IMG/VR virus record: IMGVR_UViG_3300031825_000017
Location: 1-50,870 of that record
DNA: 50,870 nt
Reading direction: 5' to 3' (one strand)
Source: a virus
Taxonomy: Duplodnaviria; Caudoviricetes
Part shown: piece by piece, positions 45,259 through 50,870 of the stretch
How positions within the stretch are numbered: the stretch's first letter is position 1
Layout of the letters: every line of letters starts with the position of its first letter
Program-made: the position numbers and the translations under genes
Notes under the pieces: generated by a model
Database searches by the model: none
What the model was told of the DNA's origin: nothing
What the model saw: only the letters and a program-made list of their open reading frames with translations

Positions 45259-45768
45259 ATGAAAGACTTTCCGTTTCCTCTTGTGGTGCCGATCGATGGC
45301 GAGGCGCGCTCCTCTTCCGAGATCATCGCCAAGGGCGTTGGCATTCAGCACAAGAACATGCTCGGGCTGATCCGACGCTACGTGATTGATTTCGAGCAGT
45401 TTGGCCCACTCGCGTTTCAAACGCGATTGGCGAAGACGCCGCAGGGCGGCGGCCGGCCAGTCGAGTTCGCCATGCTCAATGAACACCAGGCGACTCTGCT
45501 TCTGACATTCATGCGCAACTCGCCCAAGGTGGTCGAATTCAAGATCGCGCTCGTCAAAGAGTTCTTCCGCATGCGTGACGAGTTGCAAGGGCGGAACAAA
45601 GACCTGTGGCAGCAGATGCAGGCGCTCATCTCCAAGGAGGTGGAGTCCAAGGTGCGGGCATCGTTCGGCTCACACCTGATGCTCGAGCGGAAACGCGAAA
45701 TCCCCGGTTTCGATGACGAGCGATCTCGACTCGAAAGCCAGATACAGCCTTCTCTTCTTACCCACTGA
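45259..45768 (+). CDS. rha: Rha family regulator/antirepressor
   Basis: SSEIIAKG..IQHKNML.LI, LNEHQATLLLTFMRNS and FKIALVKEF. Confidence 0.85.
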   Translation: MKDFPFPLVVPIDGEARSSSEIIAKGVGIQHKNMLGLIRRYVIDFEQFGPLAFQTRLAKTPQGGGRPVEFAMLNEHQATLLLTFMRNSPKVVEFKIALVKEFFRMRDELQGRNKDLWQQMQALISKEVESKVRASFGSHLMLERKREIPGFDDERSRLESQIQPSLLTH

Positions 45769-45790
45769 CCCGGCCCAGAGCCGGGTTTCC
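45768..45790 (+). terminator. Hairpin after rha
   Basis: ACCCGGC-CCAGA-GCCGGGT-TT. Confidence 0.55.
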
Positions 45791-45809
45791 TGTTTATGGG
45801 GATGCATCA

Positions 45810-46163
45810 ATGCGATACCGGAAATTAACCCCGGACGGTGACTATCAGTTCGGTGGGCAGCAGGCCGACTTCTATCGGGACAGCCCGGAGGCGGTGGCGC
45901 AGGCGGTCCTGACGCGCCTGCGCCTGCTGCGCGGCGAGTGGTTCCTAGACACGACCGAGGGAATGCCTTGGCTGACCGAGGTGCTGGGCAAGTACACCGG
46001 CTCGACAGCCGATGCGGCGATCCGGCAGCGCATTCTCACCACGCCCGGCGTGACCGAGCTCACGGACTACAGTAGCTCGCTGGACAGCGAGGCCCGCACA
46101 CTTAGCGTGTCGGCCACGATCAATACCCTCTATGGCTCCACGCCCGTTCAGGCGACGCTATGA
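45810..46163 (+). CDS. Baseplate wedge (gp25/W-like)
   Basis: AVAQAVLTRLRL..GEWFLDTTEG. Confidence 0.85.
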   Translation: MRYRKLTPDGDYQFGGQQADFYRDSPEAVAQAVLTRLRLLRGEWFLDTTEGMPWLTEVLGKYTGSTADAAIRQRILTTPGVTELTDYSSSLDSEARTLSVSATINTLYGSTPVQATL

Positions 46164-47341
46164 CCATCACCACGACCGCGCCAACTATCGACGCCAACGG
46201 CATCACGGCGCCGACCTACGCCGACGTGCTGGACTACCTGAAGGCGCAATATCGCAGCATCTACGGCGAGGATACCTACCTGGAAGCCGACAGCCAGGAC
46301 GGGCAATTGCTCGCGGTGTTCGCCTCGGCCATCAACGACGCCAACGCAGTAGCGATCGCCATCTACAACTCGTTCAGCCCGGCCACGGCTCAGGGGGCGG
46401 CGCTATCCAGCAACATCAAGATCAACGGCATCGCCAGAAAAGAGGCGTCGCGTTCCACGGCCGACCTGTTGATCGTCGGCCAAGCCGGCACCACCATTGT
46501 CAACGGCCTTGCGAAGGACGTCGATGGCAACAAGTGGGCGCTGCCGGACTCGGTGGTGATTCCGCCTGGCGGCGACATCACGGTCACGGCCACCTGCCAG
46601 GCCCTTGGCGCAGTGGCCGCGCGTGAGAACGCGATCAACCAGATTGGCACACCCACGCGGGGGTGGCAGTCGGTCACGAATCCCGTTGCGGCGGCGCCTG
46701 GCGCGCAAGTCGAGACGGACGCGGCGCTGCGCCAGCGCCAGATGGTTTCCACGGCGCTGCCTTCGCTGACGGTGCTCGACGGCATTGCCGGCGCGGTTTC
46801 CAATCTGCCGGGGGTGACGCGCCTGGCGGTCTACGAGAACGACACCGCTGCCGAGGACGGCAACGGCCTGCCGCCGCATTCGATTTCCCTGGTCGTGGAA
46901 GGAGGCGATGCCACGGAGATCGCACAGGCAATCGCAGCCAAGAAAACGCCCGGGTCCGGCACCTACGGCACGACGGGAGTCGTGGTGCGGGACGCATACG
47001 AACGGCCGATCACGATACGGTTCTATCGCCCGGCCGAGGCGCAGGTCACGGTGGCGGTCACGCTCAAGGCACTGCCGGGCTACACGACCATGGCGGGCGA
47101 CGAGATCAAGCAGGCGATCGCGGACTACGTGAACGCGGTGGCCATCGGCGGCGGCACTTCGGGCAGCGTGGAGTGGGCCGACGCCATCACCGCCGCGAAC
47201 GGCATCGGCGGTGGCACCGCGTTCAAGCTGACGGCGCTTGCGCTGGCCGGTCCCCGCGGCGCCGGTATGCCGGACGTTGCGCTGCTGTTCAACGAAGTGG
47301 CGTCGTGCAAGCCCGGCGACGTCGCGATCACGGTGCTCTGA
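46160..47341 (+). CDS. Baseplate J-like protein
   Basis: ETDAALRQR and YENDT....NGLPPHSI.LVVEGG. Confidence 0.9.
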   Translation: MTITTTAPTIDANGITAPTYADVLDYLKAQYRSIYGEDTYLEADSQDGQLLAVFASAINDANAVAIAIYNSFSPATAQGAALSSNIKINGIARKEASRSTADLLIVGQAGTTIVNGLAKDVDGNKWALPDSVVIPPGGDITVTATCQALGAVAARENAINQIGTPTRGWQSVTNPVAAAPGAQVETDAALRQRQMVSTALPSLTVLDGIAGAVSNLPGVTRLAVYENDTAAEDGNGLPPHSISLVVEGGDATEIAQAIAAKKTPGSGTYGTTGVVVRDAYERPITIRFYRPAEAQVTVAVTLKALPGYTTMAGDEIKQAIADYVNAVAIGGGTSGSVEWADAITAANGIGGGTAFKLTALALAGPRGAGMPDVALLFNEVASCKPGDVAITVL

Positions 47342-47342
47342 C

Positions 47343-48005
47343 ATGGCCGAAGCGAGCGACTACACCAGGCTGGTCACCAGCCAGCACAGCCGCAGGCCGA
47401 AGTTCATGGCGGTGGTCGAGACACTGGTCCGGCCGATGGTCGGGGTGATGAACGTGCTCGGCGACATGCCGGCGAAGTTTGACCTGGATGGCGCCGTCGA
47501 TGCGCAACTGGACGCCGTGGGCCAGTGGGCCGGCATTTCGCGCAACGTGGCAGTGCCGTTGACTGACGTTTACTTCTCGTTCGACACGGAGCGGCTCGGC
47601 TTCGACCAGGGCAGCTGGAAGGGCCCGTTCGACCCGGACAACGGACTGACGCGGCTGGACAACGAGACTTACCGGCTTGTCATTCGCGCCAAGATCGGCG
47701 CCAACCACTGGGATGGCACGCTGGAATCGTCACGCTCCATCCTCAACACGATCTTCGGTGGCGGCACCTTTGTCTTCATCCAGGACAACCAGGACATGTC
47801 GATGACGATCGGCATTGCCGGAGTCATCCCGTCCGCCGTCTTCCTGGCACTGCTGGCGAACGGAATCATCCCGCTCAAGCCGGAAGGCGTGCGGGTGAAC
47901 TACACCATCGTCACTTCGACAGACGGCGCGCCGATCTTCGGCCTCGACGTCGAGAACGACCTGATTGCGGGCTTCGATACCGGGGCCTGGGGCACACCAC
48001 TGTAA
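47343..48005 (+). CDS. Baseplate wedge protein (DUF2612)
   Basis: FDLDGAV.AQLDAVGQWAG.SR, YRLVIRAKI and DNQDMSM. Confidence 0.88.
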   Translation: MAEASDYTRLVTSQHSRRPKFMAVVETLVRPMVGVMNVLGDMPAKFDLDGAVDAQLDAVGQWAGISRNVAVPLTDVYFSFDTERLGFDQGSWKGPFDPDNGLTRLDNETYRLVIRAKIGANHWDGTLESSRSILNTIFGGGTFVFIQDNQDMSMTIGIAGVIPSAVFLALLANGIIPLKPEGVRVNYTIVTSTDGAPIFGLDVENDLIAGFDTGAWGTPL

Positions 48006-48014
48006 GGACTATCA

Positions 48015-48899
48015 ATGCCTGCAAACGATTTCCTGGTGTTCGGCGGCGGCGCCGGCGCCAACGTGATGAGCCAGGCCGATTGGGCGGCGCTCGCCCAGCG
48101 GCTCAGCGGCTTCCAATCCGGCGTGGCGCAGTCTGCGCAACTCAACAAGGCATGGCGGCAATCGAGCATCATGGCTGCGGTGCTGGCGCAGTTCATTTCG
48201 GACCAGACTGGTCAGGATGTGCTGGACGATGGGACCATCGCCACGATCCTAGCGAACATGAAGAAGGCAATGCCCGGCCGCTACTTGGGAACTCGCGTGT
48301 TCACCGCCAGCGGTACCTACACTCCCACGGCCGGCACGACCAGCGTCATTGTCGAAGTAATCGGCGGCGGCGGCGGCGGCGGAAATACATCTACAACAAG
48401 TGCTTCTCAGGTGTGCATCGCAGGTGGCGGAGGTGCAGGGGGGTATGCCAGAAGCTACCTGACATCTGGATTCAGTGGCGCGAGCATCACGATCGGCACT
48501 GCTGGCGCAGCAAATGGAAACGGTGGCACGACTTCCTTTGGCGCGTTGCTTTCTGCGACGGGCGGTGCGGGGGCAGGTAACGGCCCAGCTGTGATCCCGG
48601 CGGCCACGGCAATCGGCGGCATCGGTGGTAACGGCTCGTCTGGGAACATCATCAATTCGAAGGGGGGGGACGGATCCTGTGGCGTAGCTGGCGCGACGAC
48701 CAGCTTCATCAGTGGAGCGGGCGGCACCTCAGAGTTGGGCGCTGGCGGGGCTGGTCAGCCCACTAGCACAGCAGCAGGGATTGCTGCGGTGACACGCGGT
48801 TCCGGCGGCGGCGGATCCTTGTGTGGAACCAGCACCGGGACTGTTATCTTGGGCGGTGCGGGGGCGGCCGGGATCTGCTTGGTTCACGAGTTCGCTTGA
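48015..48899 (+). CDS. Tail fibre with glycine-rich C-terminal domain
   Basis: N-terminal ANVMSQ..GFQSGVA.SAQLNKAWRQ baseplate-attachment region; VEVIGGGGGGG and Gly-rich body. Confidence 0.82.
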   Translation: MPANDFLVFGGGAGANVMSQADWAALAQRLSGFQSGVAQSAQLNKAWRQSSIMAAVLAQFISDQTGQDVLDDGTIATILANMKKAMPGRYLGTRVFTASGTYTPTAGTTSVIVEVIGGGGGGGNTSTTSASQVCIAGGGGAGGYARSYLTSGFSGASITIGTAGAANGNGGTTSFGALLSATGGAGAGNGPAVIPAATAIGGIGGNGSSGNIINSKGGDGSCGVAGATTSFISGAGGTSELGAGGAGQPTSTAAGIAAVTRGSGGGGSLCGTSTGTVILGGAGAAGICLVHEFA

Positions 48900-48916
48900 A
48901 AGGGAGATAGAGACAT

Positions 48917-49534
48917 ATGAAAACCTACGCCCGTATTGAGAGTGGCCGAGTGGTTGAGATCATCGAGCCGATGGTCTACGAGATCGATGCGCCGGGAGAC
49001 CAGCCAGATTTCAAGAGCGGTGAAGAGGTTCCAATCGAGCGCCGCTTCACACCGGAGATCGTGGCAACTCTCGTTGATGTCGGCGACCTTTCGAGCGTCG
49101 GTATCGGTGATGCCTACGCGAATGGAATCTTCACCCCATGCGTATCTCCTGCGCCCACCGCCGCGCAACTGCTCACCCAAGCGCAGGCGGCGCAGATCGC
49201 GAAGGTCAGTGCATCGTGTCAAGCGACCATCCTAGCCGGCTTCACCTCGTCTGCGCTCGGCGCCACGCGCAACTATCCGTCCCAGGATACCGATCAACGC
49301 AACCTGCTGAGCGCGGTATCGGCGTCGGTCGGGGCCGCAACTGGTTGGGCGACGCCGATCTGGTGCGCGGTGGGCGATGTATGGTCCTTCGAATCGCACT
49401 CTGCCGCACAGGTGCAGCAAGTCAACGGCGACTGGCTGGCTGCGCGTGTGGTGGCGCAGAAAAAGTATGCCGATCTGGTCGCGCAGATCAATGCGGCGGC
49501 GACGGTCGCTGCGGTTGAAGCCATCGACTGGTAA
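48917..49534 (+). CDS. Tail fibre assembly protein (DUF4376-like)
   Basis: GFTSSALG..YPS..TDQ.NL, HSAAQVQQV and INAAATVAAVEAIDW. Confidence 0.78.
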   Translation: MKTYARIESGRVVEIIEPMVYEIDAPGDQPDFKSGEEVPIERRFTPEIVATLVDVGDLSSVGIGDAYANGIFTPCVSPAPTAAQLLTQAQAAQIAKVSASCQATILAGFTSSALGATRNYPSQDTDQRNLLSAVSASVGAATGWATPIWCAVGDVWSFESHSAAQVQQVNGDWLAARVVAQKKYADLVAQINAAATVAAVEAIDW

Positions 49535-49601
49535 GAGCAAAAATCCCGCAGCAACGATGCCCGCCCCAGCGCGGGCATTTCTCTTTCTGGACACACCAGA
49601 C

Positions 49602-50348
49602 ATGGCAGGGGACGACGGCGTCTGCAATACAAAGGCGTGCAGGGTGTGCGGTATTACCAAGCCCTCCTCCGAGTTCTACAGGCGGCGCAGTGATGGGGAT
49701 GGCCTTAGATCGGAGTGCAAGTCATGCAGAAGTGCGGCTAACAGGGCGAGGAAAGATGCGGATCCAGAGCGCTACGCCGCGACTAAAAGAGCATGGCATG
49801 AGGCCAATCGCGATTCCCAGTTGCTCAAGAATAAGGCGTGGCGCGAGACGAACAAAGAGCGCCATCTTGCTAGCGTAAAGGCGTGGCAGACCGACAACCA
49901 AGAACGGATCGCTATCGCAAGACGCAAGTGGCGGAAGGAAAATAAGCATCGGCACGCCAATACCCACAAGAACTGGTGCGGGGCAAATCCGGATCTGATC
50001 CGGGCTTATGCGGCCGCACGACGCGCTATGAAGCTGCAGGCTACGCCGTCCTGGGCAAATCGTGACGCAATCATCGAGTACTACGAAGACGCGGTCCGGC
50101 TTTCTGCCGAGACTGGCTATGCGTGGCACGTTGACCACATCGTTCCGCTCAAGTCCAAGTTTGTGTGCGGGTTGCATTGTGAGGCGAACCTGCGAGTCAT
50201 CCCGTCGATAGAGAACCAAATGAAGAACAACCGCTGGTGGCCGCACATGGCCATTGACGGCCCACGTGCGCGAAGAACTTCGAGCGCCTCGGGCGCATTT
50301 CAATGCAACACTGCCGCTTACGGCGGCTCTATTGGGCAACAGACATGA
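49602..50348 (+). CDS. Free-standing HNH endonuclease
   Basis: CRVC..CKSC zinc ribbon, W-periodic helix, TPSWA, HVDHIVPL..VCGLH..NLRVI...N..K.N. Confidence 0.85.
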   Translation: MAGDDGVCNTKACRVCGITKPSSEFYRRRSDGDGLRSECKSCRSAANRARKDADPERYAATKRAWHEANRDSQLLKNKAWRETNKERHLASVKAWQTDNQERIAIARRKWRKENKHRHANTHKNWCGANPDLIRAYAAARRAMKLQATPSWANRDAIIEYYEDAVRLSAETGYAWHVDHIVPLKSKFVCGLHCEANLRVIPSIENQMKNNRWWPHMAIDGPRARRTSSASGAFQCNTAAYGGSIGQQT

Positions 50349-50761
50349 CAACTGGCCGACAACTGAAGGACTTCGACCCAGCCGCCCCAATCACTGATGC
50401 AGACGTTCTCTACGGAGCGCAGTCAGGCGCCGAGAAGAAGGTGACGGCGGCGCAGGTGGCGGCGTATATCGTGGGCAGCCAACTCGACTTGACGCTGCTC
50501 GGCTGGGCCCAGACGCAAAACTTCCAACTGGTGAGCGGCACGCGCGATGCCAATGGCGCGCTGACGGCAGCGCAGATCGCATGGCCTGACGGTACTGCCG
50601 GCGTATTCACCGCAGACGTGCTCAGCACCGCGTTTCCGGGTGCCATCGACGCATGGCATGCCACCTACGTGGGTGCCACCACCAAGACCGTCACGCAGCC
50701 TGCTGTGACGCGAGATGCCAACGGCGCCGTGACGGCGCAGCCTGCAATTTTGATTTCGTGA
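50345..50761 (+). CDS. Hypothetical virion-associated protein
   Basis: Two TRDANGA repeats; ATGA overlap with the HNH gene. Confidence 0.6.
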   Translation: MTTGRQLKDFDPAAPITDADVLYGAQSGAEKKVTAAQVAAYIVGSQLDLTLLGWAQTQNFQLVSGTRDANGALTAAQIAWPDGTAGVFTADVLSTAFPGAIDAWHATYVGATTKTVTQPAVTRDANGAVTAQPAILIS

Positions 50762-50769
50762 GGTGAGAG

Positions 50770-50870
50770 ATGGGATTGCTTGACCCGCCGTTTCGTCAGC
50801 CAACAAAGGTCCAGAATTGGGCGCGCAGCATGCGCAACCCGCGTTCGGTATTTCCGGTTATGGCGGCCCC
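50770..50870 (+). CDS. Start of a gene running off the window
   Basis: GAGG Shine-Dalgarno followed by an open frame (MGLLDPPFRQ...). Confidence 0.45.
   Translation, partial: MGLLDPPFRQPTKVQNWARSMRNPRSVFPVMAA

Larger units (their letters stand above)
1..50870. mobile_element. Temperate prophage (lambdoid early region, contractile-tail morphogenesis); right end outside the window
   Basis: Gene order: tRNA, int, xis-like, recombination, cI/cro, replication, Q, terminase, head, tail. Confidence 0.97.

Noticed and set aside
48015-49534. Tail fibre as a remote DGR target
   Set aside because: No match to TR or its GCGCTTCGCGCGGTCGTCGTC block is visible by eye. Targets beyond the window cannot be excluded.

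Overview
The window holds the left ~51 kb of a temperate prophage inserted at the 3' end of a tRNA-Ser (1-44). It is GC-rich and looks betaproteobacterial (Burkholderiaceae-like); the host is inferred, not shown. Early control is lambdoid: integrase, xis-like gene, a long leftward (PL) accessory and recombination operon, cI/cro/cII with 18-bp palindromic operators, replication initiator plus DnaB, nin-like genes, Q and pR'/tR'. A tRNA-Met(CAT) follows, then terminase, DUF1073 portal, DUF2184 capsid and a contractile tail (DUF3383 sheath, baseplate J). Lysis genes and attR are not in the window. The main finding is a complete diversity-generating retroelement (DGR) at 9276-11892. It has a reverse transcriptase, Avd, a 92-bp template repeat and two tandem small C-type-lectin-like targets whose variable repeats differ from the template almost only at adenines. 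It sits in the early-left operon and does not target the tail fibre in the window. Its architecture also differs from BPP-1: the structured spacer lies upstream of TR, and TR lies inside the open RT frame. Other notable items: a C5-methyltransferase with five tandem TRD-like repeats, a truncated helicase-methylase fusion, a modular mosaic protein, a three-way-junction RNA complementary to the rha ribosome-binding site, an altered initiator-like tRNA, a large insertion in the baseplate hub, and several morons. Family names come from motif recognition and gene order, not from database searches.
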